Part shown: one piece after another, positions 45,536-55,576 of the stretch
Layout of the letters: every line of letters starts with the position of its first letter
Numbering within the stretch: the first letter of the stretch is position 1
Assembly (NCBI GenBank): GCA_964548275.1
Contig: CAZJQI010000009.1
Span: forward strand, 8,656-72,655
Reading direction: 5' to 3'
Length of the DNA stretch: 64,000 nucleotides
Source: an uncultured Gemmatimonadales bacterium
Lineage (GTDB): Bacteria; Gemmatimonadota; Glassbacteria; GWA2-58-10
Made by a program: the position numbers and the translations under genes
The notes under the pieces: generated by a model
Database searches by the model: none
What the model was told of the DNA's origin: nothing
Seen by the model: the letters and a program-made list of their open reading frames with translations, nothing else

Positions 45536-48034
45536 TCAGCTTTCGGCTGGATTTTCATCCGCCACACCGGATTCTTCGGCAACTTCGTCTTCCTGGTCAG
45601 TTTCCTCTCCCGGCACAATCCGGGCCACATCCACCACCTGGTCTCCCTCGGTAAGGTTGACAAGCTTCACGCCCATGGTATTGCGCCCGATCACTTTGAC
45701 ATTGGTCAGGGGCATGCGGATAATCAGTCCCTGCTGGGTGATCAGGATTATTTCATCCTCATCAACCACTTCCTTGATACCGACAAGTTTGCCGGTTTTC
45801 TCCCCGCAGCGGAGGGTGATTATTCCCTTGCCGCCGCGGTTTGTTATCCGGTAATCGGAAACAGCAGAGCGCTTGCCCTTGCCCTTTTCGCTGACTACCA
45901 GAAGAGTGGCGTCCTGGCGGTTGAGCGCGACCATGCCGATTACATAGTCTTCCGGCCCGAGCCGGATTCCCCGCACCCCATAGGCTGTGCGTCCCATGCT
46001 GCGGACCTTGTCTTCCGGGAAACGTATCGCCTGGCCGTGGCGGGTGGCGAGAATTATGTCGTGCGAGCCGTCGGTGAGCCTCACCTCGATAACCACGTCA
46101 TCCTCCGGGATGTTGATCGCCCAGATACCGACCCGCCGCGGGTTGCTGAAAGCCGAAAGGCTGGTTTTCTTGATAGTGCCCTTGCGCGTGGCCATGACCA
46201 CGTACTGCCCCTCGTTAAAATTGCGCACCGGCAGCATAGCGGCAATCCTGTCATCCTGCTCGATTTCTATCAGGTTCACAATCGCCTTGCCCTGCGAAGT
46301 TCTGCCGGCCTGTGGGATGGAATATACCTTGAGCCAGTGAAGCCGTCCCTTGGCGGTGAAAAAGAGGATGTAATCGTGCGTGGAGGCGATAAACATATGT
46401 TCGAGGAAATCGGTCTCCCGGGTGGTCTGCCCGCTTTTTCCCCTGCCGCCGCGGGCCTGCCGGCGGTAGGTGCCAACCGGCAGCCGCTTGATATAGCCCA
46501 GGTGGCTGATCGTGATCACCATCTCCTCTTCGGCGATCAGATCCTCGATATTGAACTCGCCGGTATCCTCGAGGATTTCCGTACGGCGCTCGTCGTTGTA
46601 AGTGTTCCTGATCTCCTGAAGCTCTTCCTTGACAATCTGCATCCTTAAATCCTTGCTTGCCAGGATACTTTTCAGTCGGGTGATTGTTTTGAGCAGCTCC
46701 TCGTACTCCTCGTCGAGCTTCTCCTGTTCCAGTGCGGTGAGCTTGGCCAGCCGCAGGTCGAGAATCGCCTGGGCCTGAACCTCGCTCAGCTTGAAACGCT
46801 CCATCAGGTTTCCCCTGGCAATATCCACGGTGCGGCTGGAGCGGATAACCTCGACCACCTCGTCCAGGTTGTCGATAGCGATTTTCAAGCCTTCGAGGAT
46901 ATGCGCCCGTTCCTCAGCCTTTTTCAGTTCGAAACTGGAGCGGCGGGTCACCACATTATGACGGTGGTCGATAAAATGCTTGATCATTTCCCGCAAGTTT
47001 AGAACTTTCGGCATACCATTGACCAGGGCCAGGAAAATCGCGCCGAAAGTTGTTTGCAACTGGGTTTTCGAGTAAAACTGGTTGAGAATCACTTCCCCTG
47101 CAGCATCGCGCTTGAGATCCACAACGATCCTCATCCCGTCCCGATCCGACTCATCGCGGATATTGGATACGCCCTCGATCTTTTTCTCCCTGACAAGGTC
47201 GGCCATATCCTCCAGGAGCTTGCTTTTGTTGACCATAAACGGGATTTCCGTGATAATAATCGCCTCTTTGCCGTTATTCTTGGTCTCGGTGTACGCGCGT
47301 CCGCGCACGCGTAATTTTCCCCTGCCGGTATGGTAAGCCTCCAGGATGCCCTCTCTGCCGTAGATATAACCTCCGGTGGGGAAATCAGGGCCGGGAATGA
47401 ACTGCATCAGTCCATCGACAGTGATCTCAGGGTCGTCGATCATCGCGGTACAGGCATCAACCACCTCGCCGAGATTGTGCGTGGGGATGTTGGTCGCCAT
47501 GCCGACAGCGATACCGCTGGAACCGTTTACCAGGAGATTGGGAAGTTTGGAGGGCAGAACCGTGGGTTCCTGCAGCCGGTCATCGAAATTGGGCTGGAAA
47601 TCGACAGTTTCTTTCTCGATATTGGCGAGCATCTCGATAGAAATCTTCTGCAGCCTGGTTTCCGTATAGCGGTAAGCCGCTGCGGGGTCGCCGTCGATCG
47701 AGCCGAAATTGCCCTGCCCGTCAATCAATGGATAGCGCAGGCTGAAATCCTGCACCATGCGCACCAGGGCGTCATAGACCGCCGAGTCTCCGTGGGGATG
47801 GTATTTACCCAGCACGTCACCGACCACGGTGGCGCTTTTTTTGAAAGCACGGTTCGGCAGAAGCCCCAGTTCGTGCATCGCGTAAAGAATGCGCCGGTGG
47901 ACCGGTTTGAGCCCGTCCCGCACATCCGGCAGGGCGCGGCTCATGATCACTGACATCGAATAGTTGATGAAGGAATCCTTCATCTCGTCTTCGATGAAAC
48001 GGGTTACGATACGTTCTCTGTTTTCGATTGCCAT
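45536..48034 (-). CDS. gyrA: DNA gyrase subunit A
   Basis: '[19 protein letters not shown]', '[17 protein letters not shown]' (QRDR region), the active-site 'AAAYRYTE' and GyrA-box '[10 protein letters not shown]'. 832 aa. Confidence 0.97.
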   Translation of the reverse strand: MAIENRERIVTRFIEDEMKDSFINYSMSVIMSRALPDVRDGLKPVHRRILYAMHELGLLPNRAFKKSATVVGDVLGKYHPHGDSAVYDALVRMVQDFSLRYPLIDGQGNFGSIDGDPAAAYRYTETRLQKISIEMLANIEKETVDFQPNFDDRLQEPTVLPSKLPNLLVNGSSGIAVGMATNIPTHNLGEVVDACTAMIDDPEITVDGLMQFIPGPDFPTGGYIYGREGILEAYHTGRGKLRVRGRAYTETKNNGKEAIIITEIPFMVNKSKLLEDMADLVREKKIEGVSNIRDESDRDGMRIVVDLKRDAAGEVILNQFYSKTQLQTTFGAIFLALVNGMPKVLNLREMIKHFIDHRHNVVTRRSSFELKKAEERAHILEGLKIAIDNLDEVVEVIRSSRTVDIARGNLMERFKLSEVQAQAILDLRLAKLTALEQEKLDEEYEELLKTITRLKSILASKDLRMQIVKEELQEIRNTYNDERRTEILEDTGEFNIEDLIAEEEMVITISHLGYIKRLPVGTYRRQARGGRGKSGQTTRETDFLEHMFIASTHDYILFFTAKGRLHWLKVYSIPQAGRTSQGKAIVNLIEIEQDDRIAAMLPVRNFNEGQYVVMATRKGTIKKTSLSAFSNPRRVGIWAINIPEDDVVIEVRLTDGSHDIILATRHGQAIRFPEDKVRSMGRTAYGVRGIRLGPEDYVIGMVALNRQDATLLVVSEKGKGKRSAVSDYRITNRGGKGIITLRCGEKTGKLVGIKEVVDEDEIILITQQGLIIRMPLTNVKVIGRNTMGVKLVNLTEGDQVVDVARIVPGEETDQEDEVAEESGVADENPAES

Positions 48035-48117
48035 TTTGGCCTTCGTTCATTCAATGAGGTCTTGAACAGCCCCGAATTAATTAGCGGAAGCGGCCGAAAA
48101 TTGAAATACAGTCAGGC

Positions 48118-48807
48118 CTATTCTAAAGGAAAATCCAGTACCTCGCCGGCTTTTTCAATCGTGATCGACTTAACTGTCGCCGCCTTGCCGGGATTATTCT
48201 TTTCGTTGCAGGGCAAGGCCACGATCTTGTCCGCCACATCCATCCCCTTGACCACCTCGCCGAACACGCTGTACTGGCCGTCGAGGTGCGGCGCCCGGTC
48301 GACCATGATAAAGAACTGGCAAGAGGCGCTGTTGGGCGATTGGCTGCGCGCCGCAGAGAGAATTCCTTTCTTGTGCGGTGTTTTGCTGAACTCGGCGTTC
48401 AGCGTCCGGGGGCCTCGTCCAATGCCGTCATTGTCCAGGTTGTCGTCCTTGCTGTTCGGATCTCCTCCCTGGATCATGAAACCAGGGATCACGCGGTGAA
48501 ACGTGGTCCCGTCGTAGAATTTACTCCTGGCGAGCGACTTGAAATTTTTCACGTGATTAGGAGCTATCTGGGGATAAAAGCGAAGGATGATCTTGCCGAA
48601 TCCTGTGGTGATAACCGCCACTTCATCCTTTTCGGTAAGAGGCTGGATACCCGGCTCGGGCGATTTGCGCACCTGGGGCATAGGGGGTGGTATCGGCTTT
48701 TTTTCCTCGGCGCTGTTTCCACTTGAACATGCAACAGCCAGGGCCAAAAATACCAGAAAATAAGGGGAAAGCCTCTTTGCTCTTATCATCAGATCACCCT
48801 TTCTCAT
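48118..48807 (-). CDS. cyclophilin-type peptidyl-prolyl cis-trans isomerase, lipoprotein
   Basis: Lipobox 'LALAVACSS'. The PPIase core has 'FHRVIPGFMIQGGDP', 'SCQFFI' and 'VFGEVVKGMDV'. Confidence 0.9.
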   Translation of the reverse strand: MRKGDLMIRAKRLSPYFLVFLALAVACSSGNSAEEKKPIPPPMPQVRKSPEPGIQPLTEKDEVAVITTGFGKIILRFYPQIAPNHVKNFKSLARSKFYDGTTFHRVIPGFMIQGGDPNSKDDNLDNDGIGRGPRTLNAEFSKTPHKKGILSAARSQSPNSASCQFFIMVDRAPHLDGQYSVFGEVVKGMDVADKIVALPCNEKNNPGKAATVKSITIEKAGEVLDFPLE

Positions 48808-48911
48808 GAAGCACAGAGTTAGATAGATTAAACCTGCTGCCTGAACGGGAAAAAAGTCTTAGGGTTATTTATACAGCCCCTTTTGCGAATCTGAACAATT
48901 TCAAGACAGGA

Positions 48912-49550
48912 TCAGACAAAGCGTTCTTTGATATAAATCCGTTTCATAATCACTTTTTCCAGCGGCCGGCCCTCGGCGTCCGTGGGAACCTCGGAGATCT
49001 TTTTCACCACCGACATCCCGTCCACCACTGTGCCGAATACAGTGTAGCGGCCGTTAAGCTCGTGCATATCCTTGAGAAGGATATAGAACTGGCTGTTTCC
49101 CTTTTCCGGCTCCCCTGGGGGATGAGCAAGCCCTACGTTGCCGACAAAGTTTGGAGCATTGATTTCAGGCTTTATGGTAAAACCCGGGTCGCCGGCTCCA
49201 TCATTGGTAGGGTCGTCGTCCCGGCTGTTGATATCTCCGCCCTGGATCAATTTCCCTGGCTCGACATAGTGGAAAGCCAGGCCATCGTAAAAACCTCTCT
49301 TGATCAGGTTGCTGATCTCGCGGACGTGATTTTTGGCAGCCTCCTTGAGCGGAAGGATGACTATTTTGCCGAAATCGGTATCGATTACGATAACATCGCG
49401 GTCCCGCTTCTGAGCCTCGATATCACGGATCTGCGCAAGCTCTATCCCTCTTCTCGGCGGGGCCTGGCCGCATGATAGCCAGAGGCAAAGAGTGGCCAGA
49501 AGACCGAACACGATAGCGGGTCTGTAATGAAATCCTCTTTTACTAGACAT
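48912..49550 (-). CDS. cyclophilin-type peptidyl-prolyl cis-trans isomerase, lipoprotein (second copy)
   Basis: The start at ATG 49550 gives 'MSSKRGF...LCLWLSCGQ' (lipobox). The core has 'FHYVEPGKLIQGGD', 'NSQFYI' and 'VFGTVVDGMSV'. Confidence 0.85.
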   Translation of the reverse strand: MSSKRGFHYRPAIVFGLLATLCLWLSCGQAPPRRGIELAQIRDIEAQKRDRDVIVIDTDFGKIVILPLKEAAKNHVREISNLIKRGFYDGLAFHYVEPGKLIQGGDINSRDDDPTNDGAGDPGFTIKPEINAPNFVGNVGLAHPPGEPEKGNSQFYILLKDMHELNGRYTVFGTVVDGMSVVKKISEVPTDAEGRPLEKVIMKRIYIKERFV

Positions 49551-49683
49551 CTGCAATAAATTCCCTGCGGAAGTTAAATGGAAGTCAAAATAACAATTAA
49601 ATAATATAACGGTTTCATCCTGTTTTGACAATGTTTGGTATAGCGGGGAAAGGCTTTGCCCGCCGCAACCGGAGACCGGCTGT

Positions 49684-51723
49684 TCAGCGGGCAGAGCCTT
49701 TTTTCTCGAGCAGGAGGATCGAATGTTTCGGGAGGGTGAAACTTTCGCAGAAATCCTTGAATCCGGAGTAGTTTTCGGTACTTACCAGCCTGCTGCTGAT
49801 CGAAAGGCGCCTGGAGTAAGTTATCCGACCATCCCCGGGGATGCACTTTATTTCCCAACGCCCGAAAGGGCTTTCCAGGGCGGCGGTTTCAGGCTGGTAG
49901 GCGATTTGCCAGCCGGAGGGCAGTTCGATCACCATGTCATTAGCCAGCAAAAAAGGCCCATCGGCAACAAAATCGAACTCGCGTTCCTCCAGGTGTGGGG
50001 AATAGGGAATGACAGCAAACGGGAAAGGCGCACCGGGAATGCGCAGGATCATCATATCACCCTGAACCACACCCACCTCTGGCGCGGCAAACTGAAGCTC
50101 AACACGGGCCGGGATCTCCAGGTTCCTCATATCGCTGATTGAGTGGTTCGTTTTGACTGCCCCCTCGCCGATAGCGTTTGTGGCCTGCTGGAAATACTGT
50201 TCGAGCTCGCGGGGAGTGAGGTCTTTAAGGCCAAGGCGGGCCTCGGCGTCAAACAGGCCGTCGGCAAGGATTTCGAACCGACCCTCAATGTCTCCGTTAT
50301 CTTTCAGCGTGAGTTGTCCGGTTGACATGGAGAGGCTTTTCTCCGGGGGGAACTCGGTTGTTTTATACAGAGTGCCGCCGCTTGGCAGGATCACAAGGGC
50401 CCGGTTGCCCTGTCCGCGGTTGAAATACCCGTAGCGGTTGTACTGAGCAAACGGTATAAGCCACAGGCCGTGCCTGTCGACCAGGCCGAAAAGAGGATTG
50501 GCGAAAGTAGAATCTGTGAAACTGCCCGGGACAAAGATCGCCACTCTGCTGAACTGGGCCGCCAAGGGCACTGAAAGTTCCAGTCGATCCACCTGGTCGC
50601 CGCGGCAGTATGCAGGGTAATTTTCTATTCCTGCAGCGTTAAGCATTGCCGAAAGAAGAACTGCTTTATCCAGGCCGTGTCCGTACATATTCTGGAAAAC
50701 CTTTGCCGCAGGTGTCGGCTTGTATCCTGTAAGGCCCAGGCTGAGACTGATATTGCGCACCTGGGTGATAACGAAAAGCGCAATCGCCCGCACGCTGTCT
50801 GCTGCTGTGGGGCATTCAGTGGTGAGTTCGGCAACTTTGGCGCTGATAGCTTCATCAGGCTCTGCAGCCGGGAAAAATGTCTCCCCGAGCCAGGAGCCGA
50901 GCTTTTCCCAGGTTTCGACATTGGAGAAAATCAGAATAGGCGCAAAGGAGCGCGCCTGGGGCATGTATGGGATGCTGTGGATCATCGGTACATCGCGCAT
51001 TTCCCATCGGTAAAGACTGAAATCCCGGCTGGTTGCCTCCACAGTGGATGAGCTATCCTCACCTGCCTGTTCCAGGCCGCTGCCGGTAAAGATCAGCGGG
51101 GGAGGGAAATTTTCAGGTGTTTGGAGCACGTAGCGCTTGTGGAGGATCGGTTCATCGCTCCGGAAAATCTCGATATCCCAATACGGGTAAAAGTTAAGTG
51201 GAGAGATGGAGTCCGCCCGGCTGATTGTGCGTGTAAGAATTTCGATCACCACTCCGGGTGCGATCTGGCCGAAAGAGATCACTTTCTGCTTGATATCCGC
51301 ATACACTGCGGCTCCGACAAGCTCGGGCGGCGTAATCACGTTTATCGCCTTTGATTCCACCGGCACAGTCGAACCGTCGGGCAGCCAGGTGCGGGCAACA
51401 AGAACTTCCACGCTGTCGCTTTTGGCGTCGAACATCCGTTTCTGGTCCCCGAAACGCCGGCCTCGATCCTTGAGGATTTTGATCAGGAGATGCACCTCCA
51501 GGGTCTGATCGTTTTCCGGGCTGATCACCAGGCGCTTGTCATGATAGAGAATCAGGGCTCCGGCATCGGGGTATTCGCTTGCACCCGGGGATTCAGCGAC
51601 CAGTTTCGCAACCTCCTCCGTACTCAGCGGGCCGGATGCGAAAGCAGAGAGCCTGAAAAAGACCATAAGGCAAAATGATGTCAGAGTAAGTTTAAGAATA
51701 AGGCCCATGGATGAGCGTTTCAT
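49684..51723 (-). CDS. DUF3857/transglutaminase-like/DUF3858-type secreted protein; catalytic triad apparently lost
   Basis: Signal peptide, and an N-terminal region similar to the neighbouring paralogue. The core segment is 'MYGHGLDKAVLLSAMLNAAGIENYP...FSRVAIFVP', where the paralogue has 'GVCRD...NHAIVALP'. Confidence 0.68.
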   Translation of the reverse strand: MKRSSMGLILKLTLTSFCLMVFFRLSAFASGPLSTEEVAKLVAESPGASEYPDAGALILYHDKRLVISPENDQTLEVHLLIKILKDRGRRFGDQKRMFDAKSDSVEVLVARTWLPDGSTVPVESKAINVITPPELVGAAVYADIKQKVISFGQIAPGVVIEILTRTISRADSISPLNFYPYWDIEIFRSDEPILHKRYVLQTPENFPPPLIFTGSGLEQAGEDSSSTVEATSRDFSLYRWEMRDVPMIHSIPYMPQARSFAPILIFSNVETWEKLGSWLGETFFPAAEPDEAISAKVAELTTECPTAADSVRAIALFVITQVRNISLSLGLTGYKPTPAAKVFQNMYGHGLDKAVLLSAMLNAAGIENYPAYCRGDQVDRLELSVPLAAQFSRVAIFVPGSFTDSTFANPLFGLVDRHGLWLIPFAQYNRYGYFNRGQGNRALVILPSGGTLYKTTEFPPEKSLSMSTGQLTLKDNGDIEGRFEILADGLFDAEARLGLKDLTPRELEQYFQQATNAIGEGAVKTNHSISDMRNLEIPARVELQFAAPEVGVVQGDMMILRIPGAPFPFAVIPYSPHLEEREFDFVADGPFLLANDMVIELPSGWQIAYQPETAALESPFGRWEIKCIPGDGRITYSRRLSISSRLVSTENYSGFKDFCESFTLPKHSILLLEKKGSAR

Positions 51724-51794
51724 GCTCAGACTCCTTTTTCTTTGAACCTGGTTAGCCCCTGGATTCGTTTTCCGGGAGAGTTGACCGATGTTTG

Positions 51795-53792
51795 TCAGAA
51801 AGTTTTCTTGCTACCGCTGTGCTCGCCCTTCACCAGGATGATCTCTCCCCGCCCGGAACGAGAACTCGCGCGAAGGATCTTTTTCAATTCGAGGTAGCTT
51901 TCCGGGTCTAGTTCCTTGGAATCGATCAGGAACTTTTTCCTGTATTGCACTCTCAGTTCAGCCTGGCTTTCCGTGGGCAGGGATGTGTTATACTCCATCC
52001 TGCAGGTGAGCTCTTCTGCATCCAGATTGACCGTTTCAGGAAGGGACTTTACCGTGTAGCCTGCCGGCAGCACCAGGTCTTCCTCCTGCGATGAACCAAG
52101 AGTCACTCCCAGGTTGAGCGGGTAGTTGCGTGTTGGCAGTCCCGCAGTCGAGAGGAAATTTTGCAGGATCAGCTCGAAGCTGTTGGTGGAAACCGGTGAT
52201 TTGACCAGAAGGTAATCCCCGGCCTGGATCGCGTAGTCCTCAACCTCGTAGCTGAAACGAATTCCGAACTGGGAGTAGAGGTCCTCCGGATCGGAGGTGG
52301 AATAACCGGTAAGGCGCGCCCCTGGATGGATTCGGGTGACAAGCCTTTGCCAGAACACTTCCAGTTCCTGGGGCGGGTAATGCTTGATAAGGGCACGGAA
52401 AGCGAAATCGTAAATTCCAACGGTTTCTATCGTAACCTCGCTCACCAGGCGGCCCTCCGGGTCGATCCGGCTCCGGGCACTGATCGTGCCCATGTTATCC
52501 TCGGCGGGCGAGTGGGCGCTGGTGCTCAGGTCCTCGCCCCCCGGGGTGCAGACCAGCATCGAGGCGTCAGCCTCCGCAGTCAGGAGCAGGTCAGGGAAGT
52601 TTTCCACTGTCGGATCGCTGAAATAGAAACCGCCTTTGCCGTCCGGCAGGGCGACAATCGCATGGTTGAAATAGATTGTGGGAATCTCGTTGTCGACCAG
52701 TTCACCGGCGCGGGTGATCACCGGGTAGCTTTCGATCCCCAGCACATCGAGCATGGAGCACATCAGCACTGCCACGTCACGGCACACTCCGTAGCGGGCG
52801 GCCAGGGTTTCAGTGGCCGGCTTGGGCTCGAAACCGGCCTTCTTGCCGGTTCCCAGGCCCATGTAGCGGATTTTCTGGGCCACATAATGGTAAACCGCCT
52901 TGAGCTTTTCCTCATCGGTCTCGAGCCCCTCGGTGATCCGGGCCACCACTGCGCGCAGGGAGTCGTTCTGGTCGCGGAACTCACCTGTCATCTCGTACCA
53001 CCAGCGGCTGATTTGCTGCCAGGAATCAAAGGTGGAAACAAGCAGCCGCGGGGCGAAACTCAGGTAGCTCGGCATGGCCGGTTCGGCCACGATACGGGCC
53101 ACATCGCGCGCCTCCCAGACATAAGTAGTGCGCTCTCCGGCTTGCGATGAGGAAAACTCAGCCTCGCCGTCCTTGACCAGGTACCTGAGCGGCTTCGAGC
53201 TCGGCCCGTTGATCTCGACCCGCTTATAGATTATCGGGTTCGAGCCCTGGAAAAGGTCTATCAGGTCATAGTGGCCCTCCACCGGCGCCAGATAGCAGCT
53301 GTCCAGCACCTCGTATTCCAGCGCATCCCCAACCTCGAGATTCTGGAAAGTGATTATCTTGATCCGCACGTTGGCATCATAGATATTCATCTGCGCCAGC
53401 GCCGGATGGCTCACGTCCTTTATCATCTCCCCGGGCACCTCGATCACCGTACCGTCGCTCTTTATCACCCGGGCGAACCGGATTTTCACCACATCGTACT
53501 GGCGCGTGTAATCAAAGAAAACATTTCCATAAGCTTTCTTCCCGGTTTCGGTGAGCACTTTCACCAGCTCGTAGCTTCTGTCCAGATAGGTGCCGTCCTG
53601 GTTGAAACTCACCTGGCGTGTTTCTTCCACCACAATCGCGTTGGCGTCTGGGTGCTTGTCCAATCCACCGGCAGCATCGAGTTTCTGCAGAACTTCGCTC
53701 GAGGCAGTGCCGGCAAGAGCCGGGGATAGCATTAGGGCCTGCAACAACAGGGCGGCAGAAGCCAGAGCAATATATCTCGTCGTGGTTTTCAT
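51795..53792 (-). CDS. DUF3857/transglutaminase-like/DUF3858-type secreted protein (intact Cys-His-Asp core)
   Basis: Signal peptide 'LLLQALMLSPALAG'. The transglutaminase core is 'YGVCRDVAVLMCSMLDVLGIESYP...FNHAIVALPDGKGGFYFSDPT'. Confidence 0.72.
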   Translation of the reverse strand: MKTTTRYIALASAALLLQALMLSPALAGTASSEVLQKLDAAGGLDKHPDANAIVVEETRQVSFNQDGTYLDRSYELVKVLTETGKKAYGNVFFDYTRQYDVVKIRFARVIKSDGTVIEVPGEMIKDVSHPALAQMNIYDANVRIKIITFQNLEVGDALEYEVLDSCYLAPVEGHYDLIDLFQGSNPIIYKRVEINGPSSKPLRYLVKDGEAEFSSSQAGERTTYVWEARDVARIVAEPAMPSYLSFAPRLLVSTFDSWQQISRWWYEMTGEFRDQNDSLRAVVARITEGLETDEEKLKAVYHYVAQKIRYMGLGTGKKAGFEPKPATETLAARYGVCRDVAVLMCSMLDVLGIESYPVITRAGELVDNEIPTIYFNHAIVALPDGKGGFYFSDPTVENFPDLLLTAEADASMLVCTPGGEDLSTSAHSPAEDNMGTISARSRIDPEGRLVSEVTIETVGIYDFAFRALIKHYPPQELEVFWQRLVTRIHPGARLTGYSTSDPEDLYSQFGIRFSYEVEDYAIQAGDYLLVKSPVSTNSFELILQNFLSTAGLPTRNYPLNLGVTLGSSQEEDLVLPAGYTVKSLPETVNLDAEELTCRMEYNTSLPTESQAELRVQYRKKFLIDSKELDPESYLELKKILRASSRSGRGEIILVKGEHSGSKKTF

Positions 53793-53839
53793 CGGACTTT
53801 CTCCTGATCAAGAATGAGCGTGGTTTTAATTTTCTAATC

Positions 53840-53868
53840 ACATTAAGGAATCGAGACAGGTTTGTCAA
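53840..53868 (-). promoter_or_regulatory. candidate sigma-70 promoter of the transglutaminase-like gene pair
   Basis: On the minus strand: TTGACA (53868-53863), 17-nt spacer, TAATGT (53845-53840), about 45 nt upstream of the ATG at 53792. Confidence 0.4.
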
Positions 53869-53989
53869 TTAACGCCTGAATTTCCATTAAACATTTTAAG
53901 CATTTCTTCTCTACTGTCCGGTAAATTATGCTTCTTTTTCCCATGAGTATTAATGTGTTCTTTTTGGCAGCAAAAAGAACCAAAAACCA

Positions 53990-54017
53990 GTTCCTTTGTA
54001 ACCAAAGGAACCGAAAG
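53990..54017 (-). repeat. hairpin/inverted repeat (copy B of the motif at 41110-41139)
   Basis: The minus strand reads 'CTTTCGGTTCCTTTGGTTACAAAGGAAC', with 9-bp arms GTTCCTTTG/CAAAGGAAC around GTTA. It is followed on the minus strand by TGGTTTTTGGTTCTTTTTG. Core and 5' flank match copy A. Confidence 0.6.
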
Positions 54018-54372
54018 TTAATCCTGACTTTCGCAGCTTTTCCTCCGCTCCCCCGGCGGTCGCCTCCGCGGTCCCATCCCCCCCCTGCTGCCGACCAGCC
54101 GCGGAATGGCCTGCCTGCCCCCTTGTTCTCTTACAAAACCTCAATGGAAATTACGAGGCAACTAAGACGCTCCTCTTGCCTGGTCTTTCGGGAATAACAG
54201 TTCTTTTGTCCCCCTTGTAAAGCTTAGGTCTTTACTTGAATCGACAATCATTTCCTTATTCCTGTTCATTATTAACAATGGATAATCCTTGTACAACAGA
54301 ATATTACGGTAGTATCACATTTTTCCCCGGACAGTTATGACATTTCTTACAGAATAATATTTAAGCCTGGAG

Positions 54373-54699
54373 TTAAGACAGGTTGTCAATCACCTGCTTC
54401 ATGCTCTTCAGGTATTTCTGAAACGCTTTCTTGCCTTGCTTTGTAAGGTGGAGCAGCGTTCTGGGGATCTTTCCCACGAACTCCTTTTTTATCTCCACAT
54501 ATCCCGCAGCCTCCAGCTTGCTCAAATGCGTGGAAAGATTGCCCCGGGTCAGCCCGGTCTGGCGCTCCAGGAAGAGGAAATCCGCTCTCTCTACTACAGA
54601 AAGATGCGCCAGGATCAGCAGCCTGGCCGGTTCATGAATAACCTTGTTGACTTCCGCCAGCGGCTGGAGGTCTTCTCTTACCTTTTCATTTTTCCCCAT
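54373..54699 (-). CDS. winged-helix (ArsR-like, HTH_34-type) transcriptional regulator
   Basis: 108 aa, 'IHEPARLLILAHLSVVERADFLFLERQTGLTRGNLSTHLSKLEAAGYVEIKKEF' is a wHTH pattern. It overlaps the upstream membrane-protein gene by 14 nt. Confidence 0.75.
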   Translation of the reverse strand: MGKNEKVREDLQPLAEVNKVIHEPARLLILAHLSVVERADFLFLERQTGLTRGNLSTHLSKLEAAGYVEIKKEFVGKIPRTLLHLTKQGKKAFQKYLKSMKQVIDNLS

Positions 54700-55315
54700 C
54701 GGTAGCCTCCGCCGCTGGCATGGGGTATTTGCGCAGGAACAGTACGAGGTGGATAATTCCGGAAAGTATGAGGAACGCTCCCAGGCTCAGGCACCAGTAG
54801 ATGGTTCCCTCAAAGCCATCAAGCTCCAATATCGAAAATAAAAGACCAAGACCGATTGCCACGACAGCATATACCCAGGGACCTGCACCTCCAGATTTGG
54901 AATGAAGATAAATTAAGCCGTGAAGAAATATCACGGCGTCTAAGGTCGGAAACCACTTTATATAGAGAGTAATCGGGTCTGTCTCATCTCCGAAAAGAAA
55001 AATGCAGATAAAGAATAGCGCAATTGCGCTGAGCGCAAAAACAACATTGCCCATTCCTCTTTTTTTCGGATCATCCCGGGGTAATAACTGGGCATAACCT
55101 ATCCTGGGGTAAGTGTAGCGTTTTCTGAAGGCTTCGACAGAACGGGAAAAAAGGATTATGGTAATCAAAGAAATCACTATAACAATTCCCGGGCGTAGAA
55201 TCGATGCGCCCGTGCCCGTAAAAACCAGGCCCATCAAGATCACCCCCAGGCCGTCTTGCATGAGATACCGAAAAGATTTCCTTTCTAATTTTTTCACATC
55301 GATCTGCGTCGACAT
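54686..55315 (-). CDS. polytopic membrane protein of unknown function (co-transcribed with the wHTH regulator)
   Basis: 209 aa with about 6 hydrophobic helices (e.g. 'GVILMGLVFTGTGASIL', 'VVFALSAIALFFICIFLF', 'LGAFLILSGIIHLVLFL'). No family recognised. Confidence 0.55.
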   Translation of the reverse strand: MSTQIDVKKLERKSFRYLMQDGLGVILMGLVFTGTGASILRPGIVIVISLITIILFSRSVEAFRKRYTYPRIGYAQLLPRDDPKKRGMGNVVFALSAIALFFICIFLFGDETDPITLYIKWFPTLDAVIFLHGLIYLHSKSGGAGPWVYAVVAIGLGLLFSILELDGFEGTIYWCLSLGAFLILSGIIHLVLFLRKYPMPAAEATDGEK

Positions 55316-55576
55316 GATAAGACTCCTTCTTCTGAAGGCTGATGTTTTGCAGGCAATATCCGGGATTTTTCCAACAGGAATTTAAAAATCATCGGAACTC
55401 TCATTTGTCCAAACCGATTTGTAATACAAACCAATTTAATATAAAGAACCGGCATTGTCAAGCGTTTTTGGATTTTTTTCTCAGGAGGGCAATTTCTTTT
55501 CGGATTATTTATGAAATCACAACAGGCACTGGATGTGGTTATGGGATCAGGTTTTATGTTTGGGCTTGCGAGCGTG

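Noticed and set aside
53928-54197. An 89-aa plus-strand ORF and a 64-aa minus-strand ORF in the 580-bp intergenic region.
   Set aside because: The translations are Pro/Arg/Gly/Ala low complexity generated by the GC-rich island. There is no RBS, and the two ORFs overlap on opposite strands.
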